A DNA stretch of 34,228 nt, taken from assembly GCA_022600655.1 (NCBI GenBank), contig JAHZJZ010000216.1, forward strand, positions 1 through 34,228, in the 5' to 3' direction. Under the pieces are notes generated by a model. It searched no databases. It saw nothing but the letters and a program-made list of their open reading frames with translations, and had not been told where the DNA came from. Every line of letters begins with the position of its first letter. Within the stretch, counting starts at the first letter, position 1. The position numbers and the translations under genes are program-made. This document shows positions 25,692 to 33,523 of the stretch, one piece after another. The stretch comes from Campylobacterota bacterium (lineage in GTDB: Bacteria; Campylobacterota; Campylobacteria; Campylobacterales; Sulfurovaceae).

Positions 25692-25832
25692 TAGAGGTTC
25701 AATAAACGAGCAGATAAATCCTCTCATTTAACTTATAAAATCAACTGTATTGATTAATTTTTAATCACAAGTATGAGTATTAATTGGTCATAATTTGATT
25801 ATAATGAGTTATTACAAAATTAGGAGTAACTT

Positions 25833-26357
25833 ATGACACAAAGGATGACAGATATAATCCCTACACAGAGTGACCGTCTGTTAGAGATGGCTCAAGACCG
25901 ACTCATGTTAGAAGAGTTTTTAGTGCAGAATGCCAATATCAATGTTCGTGATACGCATGGTAAAAATGCACTCTTTTGGACGATTAAAACATCTCATAAA
26001 CATAATACTAATTTACTTTTAACTTACGGTATCAGTCTCATGGTTCGACCAGAGTATCATGCACTTTTTCACACCATTCTGAGTAATGATTTAGAGACAT
26101 TTATTCTTCTGCTAGAATTGGGTGAAGATATCGACATGAGAAACGAAGAAAATCAAACCCTCTTAATGACAGCTGTCCAAGAGGAGAATGTGATGATGGT
26201 AAGATACTTAATTAATCATGGTATAAATCTCTATGCAGAAGATATTCATGGACAAACAGCACTTGATTATGCTAAAAAAGCTAAAAATCCAATGGTTTTT
26301 GATCTCGTTCACTATAGAATCCTCTATGAAAAAATGCAAGATAAAATAGTGGCATAG
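25833..26357 (+). CDS. Ankyrin repeat protein
   Basis: GKNALFW, NQTLLMTA, GQTALDYA; AGGAG SD. Confidence 0.85.
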   Translation: MTQRMTDIIPTQSDRLLEMAQDRLMLEEFLVQNANINVRDTHGKNALFWTIKTSHKHNTNLLLTYGISLMVRPEYHALFHTILSNDLETFILLLELGEDIDMRNEENQTLLMTAVQEENVMMVRYLINHGINLYAEDIHGQTALDYAKKAKNPMVFDLVHYRILYEKMQDKIVA

Positions 26358-26365
26358 TATTTGCA
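26350..26365 (+). promoter_or_regulatory. Sigma54 promoter for the AAA+/vWA pair
   Basis: TGGCATAGTATTTGCA, near-canonical, overlapping the ankyrin stop codon. Confidence 0.85.
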
Positions 26366-26392
26366 TACTCCTTAATAACCTAAGGAGTAAAC

Positions 26393-27394
26393 ATGTACCC
26401 ACAAAAAGCCAAACGCTCGATAGAACACTTAAGCCAACGAAAAATACCCGTCTTTTTGTGGGGACCTCCAGGGATTGGAAAGTCCTCTATTGTCGCACAG
26501 ATAGCCAAAGAGAGAGAAGTTGGTTTTATTGACCTGCGACTCTCACTACTTGACCCTACTGACCTCAGAGGAATTCCTTTTTTTAATGCCAATGACAACT
26601 CTGCTGTTTGGGCTCCTGCCTCTTTCTTACCTGATGGAAGTGTTAAAGAGGGCATACTCTTTTTAGATGAACTGAACACTGCTGCCCCCATGGTACAAGC
26701 TTCGGCATATCAGCTGATACTTGACCGAAAAATTGGTGAATATACCCTACCTGAGGGTTGGTCGATTATCGCAGCAGGAAACCGTGAAAGTGACCGAGGA
26801 GTGGTCTTTCGTATGGCATCACCTTTGGCAAACCGATTTGTTCACCTTGAGATGGAAGTGAGTGTTGAAGATTGGCAAACTTGGGCAAAAAGTTCCAACA
26901 TTGACCCGACCATTGTCGCCTTTATTAACTACCGACCTGATGCACTCTTTAACTTTGACACTTCTAATGACAACAAAGCGTTTGCAACGCCAAGAACATG
27001 GGAGTATGTAAATGAAATCTTGCTCTCTGAACCCGAAGAAGACATCATTGTGGACATGGTGAGTGGAGCGATTGGTCAAGAGTTGGCAGCCTCCTTTTTG
27101 GGCTTTAAAGCTGTGGCACAAAATCTGCCTGATATTGATGGCATATTAGAGGGAACCGTCACCCAAACCCCAACCGATACTTCGGCACTGCACATACTCT
27201 GTACGGCACTGACTATGCGAATTGATGATGAGACCCGTTCTAAAGAGTTGGACAACCTACTCAAATACACACTCAATCTCCCTGGGGAATTTGCAGTGAT
27301 GATTGTTCAAGATTTACGACAACGCGATATTGGCTTAGATTATATTCACTCTTGGACACTTTGGATGAAAAAATTCAACACCCTCTTACACTAA
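26393..27394 (+). CDS. MoxR-like AAA+ ATPase
   Basis: Walker A GPPGIGKS, DLRGIP, Walker B LFLDE, AAGN, LANRF, TPRTW. Confidence 0.92.
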   Translation: MYPQKAKRSIEHLSQRKIPVFLWGPPGIGKSSIVAQIAKEREVGFIDLRLSLLDPTDLRGIPFFNANDNSAVWAPASFLPDGSVKEGILFLDELNTAAPMVQASAYQLILDRKIGEYTLPEGWSIIAAGNRESDRGVVFRMASPLANRFVHLEMEVSVEDWQTWAKSSNIDPTIVAFINYRPDALFNFDTSNDNKAFATPRTWEYVNEILLSEPEEDIIVDMVSGAIGQELAASFLGFKAVAQNLPDIDGILEGTVTQTPTDTSALHILCTALTMRIDDETRSKELDNLLKYTLNLPGEFAVMIVQDLRQRDIGLDYIHSWTLWMKKFNTLLH

Positions 27395-28530
27395 TGAAAA
27401 GCGAACAACTCCTCACCAAAGCCAAAAGTCAACTGACCAATAAGTACCCCTACTTTGGGATGTTGGCTTCACGGCTGAAACATGAACCCAATAGCCAGAT
27501 AGCTTATTATGCCAGTAATGGAAAACGTTTTGTCTATAACCCAGAGTTTATTGAACGATGCAGTGTTGATGAACTCTTTTTTATCCTCACCAACTGCGTA
27601 ATGCACCACATCTTAGCCCATCAGCAACGAAAACTGAGCCGTAAAGGCTCACTGTGGCAACTGGCAACCGACTTTGCCATTAACAACATGTTACAAAAAA
27701 ATGGTCTCAAAATCCCCAAAGGTGCCAACTACGATAAGAGCTTTAAAAACATGTACGCCGAAGAGATCTATGAGGTCTTAAAAGAGAGTGTTCAAGAGCA
27801 AAGCATTGACACCTTTAGCGATGAGTCTAAAGAGAATAAAAGCATCAGCATCAATGATATAAATAGCGAATTTTCAAACCTAAACAACATCGACAACGAT
27901 TTGGATGAAAAAGATGAGTTAGAGTGGGAATATGCCTCCTCACTCTCTAAAGAGGTCGCCATGAAAAAAAGCTCCATGCCTTTGGGGTTTGAACGCTTGG
28001 CTAAAAAGATGAAAACCAAAGATATTGACTGGAAATTTGAGCTTTACAATGCCATTAACCGACACATGCGAAACAACTATGCCTTTATGCCTCCTAACAA
28101 AAAGCACATGTACCGAGGTGTTGCTCTGCCCTCACTCACCAGCGACACCCTAAGCTTGGTGGTTGCCGTTGATACTTCTGGTTCGATTAAAGATGAACTC
28201 TTGGGAGCCTTTATGGAAGAGTTTAAAACCATTATGCAAAACTTTCCTACGGTTGCAATAGAACTGCTCATCGCCGATGCCAAAGTCCATGCTCACCACA
28301 CTTTTCAAGGAGGCGACAAAATGGACTTTCCACTAAAAGGGGGAGGAGGAACCGACTATCGCCCAACCTTTGAGTACATTGATGCCAACTTACCGATGAA
28401 CTCGATGGTGCTTTATTTTACCGATGGTGAGGGAATATTCCCCCGTATTCCTCCTGCGTATGAAGTACTCTGGGCATTGTCACAGAAGAAAAATAAAATA
28501 CCTTTTGGTCGGAGTATTTTGATTTTTTAG
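27394..28530 (+). CDS. DUF2201-type protein: metallopeptidase-like N-domain plus vWA domain (start reassigned to ATG 27394)
   Basis: YNPEF, H..R, W..A.D.AIN, AEEIY; MIDAS VDTSGS, GGGTD, FTDG; TAATG coupling. Confidence 0.88.
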   Translation: MKSEQLLTKAKSQLTNKYPYFGMLASRLKHEPNSQIAYYASNGKRFVYNPEFIERCSVDELFFILTNCVMHHILAHQQRKLSRKGSLWQLATDFAINNMLQKNGLKIPKGANYDKSFKNMYAEEIYEVLKESVQEQSIDTFSDESKENKSISINDINSEFSNLNNIDNDLDEKDELEWEYASSLSKEVAMKKSSMPLGFERLAKKMKTKDIDWKFELYNAINRHMRNNYAFMPPNKKHMYRGVALPSLTSDTLSLVVAVDTSGSIKDELLGAFMEEFKTIMQNFPTVAIELLIADAKVHAHHTFQGGDKMDFPLKGGGGTDYRPTFEYIDANLPMNSMVLYFTDGEGIFPRIPPAYEVLWALSQKKNKIPFGRSILIF

Positions 28531-28584
28531 ATTTTATGCTTCACACTCAGAAATGTCAAGCTTTTTTAGAAATTTTCCAATAAA

Positions 28585-28676
28585 CTCTACTGTGAAATAT
28601 CCTCAATACGACTAAATGAAAAATCCACATAATCAGCAGAGATAACTTCATAATTCAGAGGGATAATGATTTGAGT
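28585..28676 (-). pseudogene. Remnant homologous to the 29354-29581 gene
   Basis: 28599-28675 matches 29387-29463 at 68 of 77 nt; encodes TQIIIPLNYEVISADYVDFSFSRIED. Confidence 0.85.
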
Positions 28677-28797
28677 AAATTATTAAAAAGTTCTAAACTC
28701 TCATAATTGATTAAAAATTAAACATTATTTTGATTATTTTTTGATTTGAATTTGTTACAATGAGTAAATAATAGTCTAACGAAAAGGAAAATAGAGT

Positions 28798-29298
28798 ATG
28801 AGTATTACAATAAATAGAAAGAATAAAAAAGTGGGGAACAGTCCCTTAGCTACAAAAGTTAGAATGAATAATGGCAGAAGTAAATTTATAGGAACTGTCA
28901 GCAATAAACTACAACTGGTAATAACATTACCAAATAGTCAACATTTGAACCAAGAGCTTACAAAGCTGTTTCAAAAATATCATAAAGAAGCCCTTATCTA
29001 TGTCGTCTCTCCTGAAGAGATACCAAAAAATAAATATGTTGTCAACTCAACCGATTTTGTTAAGTTGAGTAAAAAGTTTGGTCTTTTTATCGATAATCAA
29101 AAGTGTGCTAAATCTGTTTTTGTTATTGATAAAAATAGAAAGATAGCTTACATAGAAGTTTTACCAACATTAAATGGTACATTTGATATACATTCACTCG
29201 ATACAACTTTAGATAAGCTTATAAAACAAAAGATAGAGCCTCCCAAAAATACTCAATATTATCAAGAGATTACACCATGGTATTTAGAACATGGTTAG
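28798..29298 (+). CDS. Second Tpx-fold pseudo-peroxiredoxin, paralog of 24133-24612
   Basis: Collinear similarity (VGN, M.NG..K.IG, LP.S..L, STDF, C.K.VF); TGTTACAAT extended -10 at 28753-28761. Confidence 0.75.
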   Translation: MSITINRKNKKVGNSPLATKVRMNNGRSKFIGTVSNKLQLVITLPNSQHLNQELTKLFQKYHKEALIYVVSPEEIPKNKYVVNSTDFVKLSKKFGLFIDNQKCAKSVFVIDKNRKIAYIEVLPTLNGTFDIHSLDTTLDKLIKQKIEPPKNTQYYQEITPWYLEHG

Positions 29299-29319
29299 AA
29301 AATATCAATAAAAATATCA

Positions 29320-29357
29320 GTGAACTACCTCTAGCTCTTTGGCTAGAGGTAGTTCAC
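29320..29357. terminator. Perfect 16-bp hairpin between convergent genes, resembling an IS200/IS605 end
   Basis: GTGAACTACCTCTAGC-TCTTTG-GCTAGAGGTAGTTCAC. Confidence 0.7.
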
Positions 29358-29581
29358 ACTATCCTATCCACCTCAACCCCATAATAATCCTCAATACGAC
29401 TAAACGCAAAATCTACATAATCACTTGAGATAACTTCATAATTCAAAGGAATAATGGTTTGAGCCAAACTGACTTTTTTAAAGTCTAATGATTTGAGCTG
29501 TTCAAACTCTACAACCAGCTTTTTTACGGTGATGGTGCTGTCAAAATCGTTGGGGTTAAATGCGTTGGTTTTCTTTTTCAT
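29354..29581 (-). CDS. 75-aa hypothetical protein (start reassigned to ATG 29581)
   Basis: AAGG SD, own sigma54 promoter, and codon-conserving similarity to the remnant at 28585-28676. Confidence 0.75.
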   Translation of the reverse strand: MKKKTNAFNPNDFDSTITVKKLVVEFEQLKSLDFKKVSLAQTIIPLNYEVISSDYVDFAFSRIEDYYGVEVDRIV

Positions 29582-29606
29582 AAAGTAAGCCTTTTTATGA
29601 AAACTA

Positions 29607-29622
29607 TGCAATATCTATACCC
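29607..29622 (-). promoter_or_regulatory. Sigma54 promoter for the 75-aa gene
   Basis: GGGTATAGATATTGCA. Confidence 0.7.
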
Positions 29623-29634
29623 AACAAAAGAATG

Positions 29635-29650
29635 AGGTACAGATATTGCA
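29635..29650 (+). promoter_or_regulatory. Sigma54 promoter for the SagB-like operon
   Basis: AGGTACAGATATTGCA. Confidence 0.7.
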
Positions 29651-29703
29651 TGGTGTAAGTACAAATATGCTATCTATAATAAAAAATATTAAGTAGAGAA
29701 TCC

Positions 29704-30960
29704 ATGCCACAGTTCCACCAACAGACCAAACACTCTTTTATGAGCATTCGTAAAAACTCCTTCTTTTTGGACTGGAGAACGCAACCCACCACCTATAAAA
29801 CCTATCCCCATTTTCAACAACGCTTTAAGATAGAAAACTATGAAGAACTAGAGGGGTTAAACCTTATCGGTGGCATTACATTTGAAAAAGAGTACCCCGA
29901 GGGAAAGTACTACTTACGAACCGTGCCGAGTGCTGGGGCATTGTTTCCTTGTGAGGTTTATGTGCAGATACGGGGAATAAAAGGCATCATTAGTGGAGTC
30001 TATCACTACGAGTCAAAACGGGGTATCTTAACCCTACTGCATGAGATAGACAGCGATGGTGTGGAGTACTATTTTCCCTCTAACACAAAACAGAAAGGAT
30101 TTGTTTTTCTGATTTCAGCCATCTATTTTCGCTCTTCATGGAAGTATCGAGATAGAAGCATTCGCTATATTCTGCTTGATGCAGGACATCAACTAGGGAC
30201 AATTTATGCAGCTCTTTGTGTCATGGGTCAAGAGAGCAGTTTTGTTTTTGACTTTGATAAATTGACTCTCAATGAAACCTTTGGTTTTAGAGAAGATGAG
30301 ATGTTTTTAGCCTCAGTTAGCTCTAGCCAAAGCACCCAGAAGGAGACAGCCAAACTCAAACAGAACTTTCCTTATGTCTCTGGGTGTGACCATCTTGAAA
30401 CCAATCCATTTATAGAAGAGGCTTATAGACAAAGTGCCAACTATTCTGATGAACCATTTACTCCACCCAATTTTTTTCAAAACATCCCCAAAGAGCAACT
30501 CAAACAAGCCATTATCAACAGGCGTTCCATACGTGCCTTTAGAGGAGAAATGACCTCTAAAGAGAGTTATGAGTTTATTGTCCAAGGGCTTTTTGAGTTT
30601 GCACAAACCTACAACATTGATATCTTCTCTACCCTGCACCGTGTCACAGATATGCCAGAGGGGCTTTACAAAAATGGTGAACTACTTAAAGAAGGTAATT
30701 TTCAAGAGAAGTCACGCTATTTAAGTTTGGAACAAAATTTAGGGGGTATGTCGGCTGTCACCTTCTATTTCAGCTCAAATGAGGTCGAAAAGTATCAAAA
30801 AGTCTCCATTTTAAGTGGTTTTATAGCCCACATCATCTATATTCGTTGTGAACTGCAAGGTGTTGGGTGTAGTGGAATTGGGGCGTATTATGACGATGAA
30901 GCCAAAACCTTTTTGAACACTGCAAACAATATCCTTTATCTTTTAGCCATAGGACACTAA
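29704..30960 (+). CDS. SagB/ThcOx-like two-domain nitroreductase-family FMN oxidoreductase
   Basis: LRTVPSAGALFPCEVY, WKYRDR..RY..LDAGH, RRSIRAF, SGIGAYYDD. Confidence 0.88.
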   Translation: MPQFHQQTKHSFMSIRKNSFFLDWRTQPTTYKTYPHFQQRFKIENYEELEGLNLIGGITFEKEYPEGKYYLRTVPSAGALFPCEVYVQIRGIKGIISGVYHYESKRGILTLLHEIDSDGVEYYFPSNTKQKGFVFLISAIYFRSSWKYRDRSIRYILLDAGHQLGTIYAALCVMGQESSFVFDFDKLTLNETFGFREDEMFLASVSSSQSTQKETAKLKQNFPYVSGCDHLETNPFIEEAYRQSANYSDEPFTPPNFFQNIPKEQLKQAIINRRSIRAFRGEMTSKESYEFIVQGLFEFAQTYNIDIFSTLHRVTDMPEGLYKNGELLKEGNFQEKSRYLSLEQNLGGMSAVTFYFSSNEVEKYQKVSILSGFIAHIIYIRCELQGVGCSGIGAYYDDEAKTFLNTANNILYLLAIGH

Positions 30961-30966
30961 AACACC

Positions 30967-32541
30967 ATGAAACAACGCTTTATTCAATTCACCTTTATTA
31001 CGCCTCTACTTATTTTACTTTTAGCTCTCATCTACTCTTCAGTTTTATGGCTTTTCCTTCCCTATTTAGCCATTGTTGCCATTGGTTTTTATGACATGAA
31101 CCAAAGCAAACACTCACTCTGGCGAAACTTTCCTGTTTTGGGTCGCTTTCGTTGGATACTTGAAGAGTTACGACCACCGATTCGACAATATTTTATAGAG
31201 TCCGATATTGATGGCGTTCCCTTTAACCGTCAAACCCGAGGGCTGGTCTACCGACGCTCAAAAAAAATGATGAGTACCATTCCTTTTGGAACCAAAGTCG
31301 ATGTCTATAAAGCAGGATACGAATGGATAGGTCACTCACTTAAAGCCATCAACTCTAAAACCCTAGACCAAAGTCCACGCGTAATAATTGGTGGAGCTTC
31401 TTGTGCAAAGCCCTACTCTGCTAGTGTACTCAATATCTCAGCCATGAGTTTTGGTGCTTTGAGTTCCAATGCCATTTTGGCTTTGGGTAATGGAGCTAAA
31501 ATTGGTGGGTTTGCTTTAAACACAGGAGAGGGAGGACTTAGCGACTACCATTTAGAATCGGGTGCTGATTTAATATGGCAAATAGGTACAGGCTATTTTG
31601 GCTGTCGTGACGGTGAGGGGTGTTTTTCTGCTGAATCGTTTCAAAAAAAAGCGACGCTACCCAATGTAAAAATGATAGAGATCAAACTCTCCCAAGGAGC
31701 AAAACCAGGGCATGGAGGAATTTTACCAGCCGATAAAAACACCTCAGAGATAGCACAAGTTCGAGGTGTTGAGGTGCATACCCAAGTTGACTCCCCTCCT
31801 AGACACAGTGCCTTTAACAACTACCAAGAGCTTCTGCTTTTCATTAAAGAACTTCGAGCATTAAGTGGTGGAAAACCTGTTGGCTTTAAGCTCTCTATTG
31901 GACGAAAAGAGGAGTTTATAGCACTCTGTAGAACCATGCATGACTTGGACATAAAACCCGACTTTATCACTGTAGATGGTGGCGAGGGTGGAACAGGAGC
32001 AGCCCCTGTAGAGTACACAAACTCAGTGGGTATGCCACTGCGTGAAGCATTGGTATTTGTGGTTGATACCCTTGTAGGATTTGAGTTAAAAGAGGATATT
32101 AAAGTTGTGGCTTCAGGACGTATTATTGATGGGATGGATATGGTAAAAGCGATGGCATTGGGGGTAGATTTATGTGCCAGTGCCAGAGGAATGATGTTCT
32201 CTTTAGGGTGCATTCAAGCCCTACAGTGTCACAAAAACAGATGCCCAACAGGCATCGCAACCCAAGACAACTCTTTAGCCAAAGCCTTGGTAGTAGAAGA
32301 TAAAAAACAGAGGGTTGCAAACTTTCATTACGAGACGCTAAAAAGTTTTGTCGAAATTTATGCATCAGCAGGACTCTCACATCCTAATGAGCTTAATCGT
32401 ACCCATATCTTTTACCGTATTGACCAGACAGACTATAAGCGTTATGATGAGCTTTTTGAACCTTTAAGCAAAGGTGTTTTGTTGCAAGAGCCTTACCCTC
32501 CAAGATATCAACACTACATGAAAGAAGCCAATGAAGCCTAA
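30967..32541 (+). CDS. FMN-binding glutamate synthase family protein with N-terminal membrane anchor
   Basis: NISAMSFGALS, NTGEGG, EIKLSQGAKPGHGG, DGGEGGTGAAP, CIQALQC..NRCPTG. Confidence 0.92.
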   Translation: MKQRFIQFTFITPLLILLLALIYSSVLWLFLPYLAIVAIGFYDMNQSKHSLWRNFPVLGRFRWILEELRPPIRQYFIESDIDGVPFNRQTRGLVYRRSKKMMSTIPFGTKVDVYKAGYEWIGHSLKAINSKTLDQSPRVIIGGASCAKPYSASVLNISAMSFGALSSNAILALGNGAKIGGFALNTGEGGLSDYHLESGADLIWQIGTGYFGCRDGEGCFSAESFQKKATLPNVKMIEIKLSQGAKPGHGGILPADKNTSEIAQVRGVEVHTQVDSPPRHSAFNNYQELLLFIKELRALSGGKPVGFKLSIGRKEEFIALCRTMHDLDIKPDFITVDGGEGGTGAAPVEYTNSVGMPLREALVFVVDTLVGFELKEDIKVVASGRIIDGMDMVKAMALGVDLCASARGMMFSLGCIQALQCHKNRCPTGIATQDNSLAKALVVEDKKQRVANFHYETLKSFVEIYASAGLSHPNELNRTHIFYRIDQTDYKRYDELFEPLSKGVLLQEPYPPRYQHYMKEANEA

Positions 32542-32980
32542 AAAAGAAGAACAACCCATCACAGCCCAAAAAGCGATAAAAAAAGCGTTTCTAAGCTTAG
32601 TCTCTATGATGCCCATGTTGTTAGGAGTCATTGGACTCATTGGCATCATGCAGACCTATATCACCCCTGATATACTCTCCAAACTTTTTGGCTACAACCT
32701 ATACGCAGACATCGGAACAGGAACCCTTATTGGAGCCATATCCTCTGGAAATCCAGCTGCAAGTTACATTATCGCTGAAGGGCTGTTAGACCAAGGGGTA
32801 ACACTCTATGCTGTAACTGCTTTTATCTTGGCATGGGTGACGCTTGGCATTGTGCAACTACCAGCTGAAGCCTCTGTTTTTGGAATGCGATTTAGCGTTT
32901 ATAAAAATCTTTTAACACTGATTAGTACCATGTTGGTAGCTTACTTCACGGTGATTACTTTAGGAGTGTTTACATCATGA
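32531..32980 (+). CDS. Small permease subunit (DUF318/ArsP-like)
   Basis: Four hydrophobic segments; GNPAASY, AFILAWV..G.VQLP.E. Confidence 0.75.
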   Translation: MKPKKEEQPITAQKAIKKAFLSLVSMMPMLLGVIGLIGIMQTYITPDILSKLFGYNLYADIGTGTLIGAISSGNPAASYIIAEGLLDQGVTLYAVTAFILAWVTLGIVQLPAEASVFGMRFSVYKNLLTLISTMLVAYFTVITLGVFTS

Positions 32981-33474
32981 AAAAAGGGTTTCAATTTAAG
33001 GGCTTAAAATTTTTATATGTGGTAATTATCGCTTATGTGGTTCTATTTTTTATAGAAAATGAGAATGCTCTCTTATCGCTTCAAAAAGCTTTAGGGATTC
33101 TCTACCAACTATTGCCTATTTTTCTCTTTATTATCATCATATCAGCCCTCATTAACTACTTTTTAAAACCCAAACAGATTATCAAACACTTTGGAAAAGA
33201 TAGTGGTGCGAAAGGGGTTATTTACGCCCTACTAGCAGGAATTATCAGCCATGGACCCATGTACGCATGGTACGGGATGATTCAAGAGCTACGCGAACAG
33301 GGAGCCAAAGATAGTCTGCTCATCACATTCTTTTATGCACGAGCCATCAAGATACCGATGTTGCCATTTATGTTGGGAATTTTTGGTTTGGCTTTTACGG
33401 TGATACTCTCTTTTTATATTTTGCTGTTTGCTTTGCTACAGGGGAAGGTCATGGGATGGTTGGAGAGAGAGTAG
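32977..33474 (+). CDS. Small permease subunit (DUF318/ArsP-like)
   Basis: Hydrophobic; GIISHGPMYAWY, RAIKIPMLP; ATGA overlap. Confidence 0.75.
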   Translation: MKKGFQFKGLKFLYVVIIAYVVLFFIENENALLSLQKALGILYQLLPIFLFIIIISALINYFLKPKQIIKHFGKDSGAKGVIYALLAGIISHGPMYAWYGMIQELREQGAKDSLLITFFYARAIKIPMLPFMLGIFGLAFTVILSFYILLFALLQGKVMGWLERE

Positions 33475-33490
33475 AGGAACAGTTCTTGCA
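33475..33490 (+). promoter_or_regulatory. Sigma54 promoter
   Basis: AGGAACAGTTCTTGCA, starting at the base after the upstream stop codon. Confidence 0.9.
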
Positions 33491-33523
33491 TTAATCCTTA
33501 TAAATAATACCTAAGGATTTACA

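Noticed and set aside
25751-25767. TGATTAA-TTT-TTAATCA palindrome as an FNR or Fur site
   Set aside because: Does not fit TTGAT-N4-ATCAA spacing and lies in very AT-rich DNA; cannot be assigned
29354-30960. RiPP (TOMM) cluster with the 75-aa ORF as precursor
   Set aside because: No YcaO or E1-like protein; the small ORF has no Cys/Ser/Thr-rich core; stand-alone SagB-like proteins are common
568-32649. Many short antisense or overlapping ORFs in the track (e.g. 1116-1412, 6716-7138, 10316-10633, 13175-13582, 24655-25032, 31821-32213)
   Set aside because: Shadows of well-supported genes on the other strand or frame; no motifs or ribosome-binding sites
5910-33490. Recurrent CAAGAACTGTTCC motif as a CRISPR repeat or integron/att site
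   Set aside because: Dispersed rather than arrayed, no cas or integrase gene, and fixed orientation and distance to start codons fit sigma54 promoters
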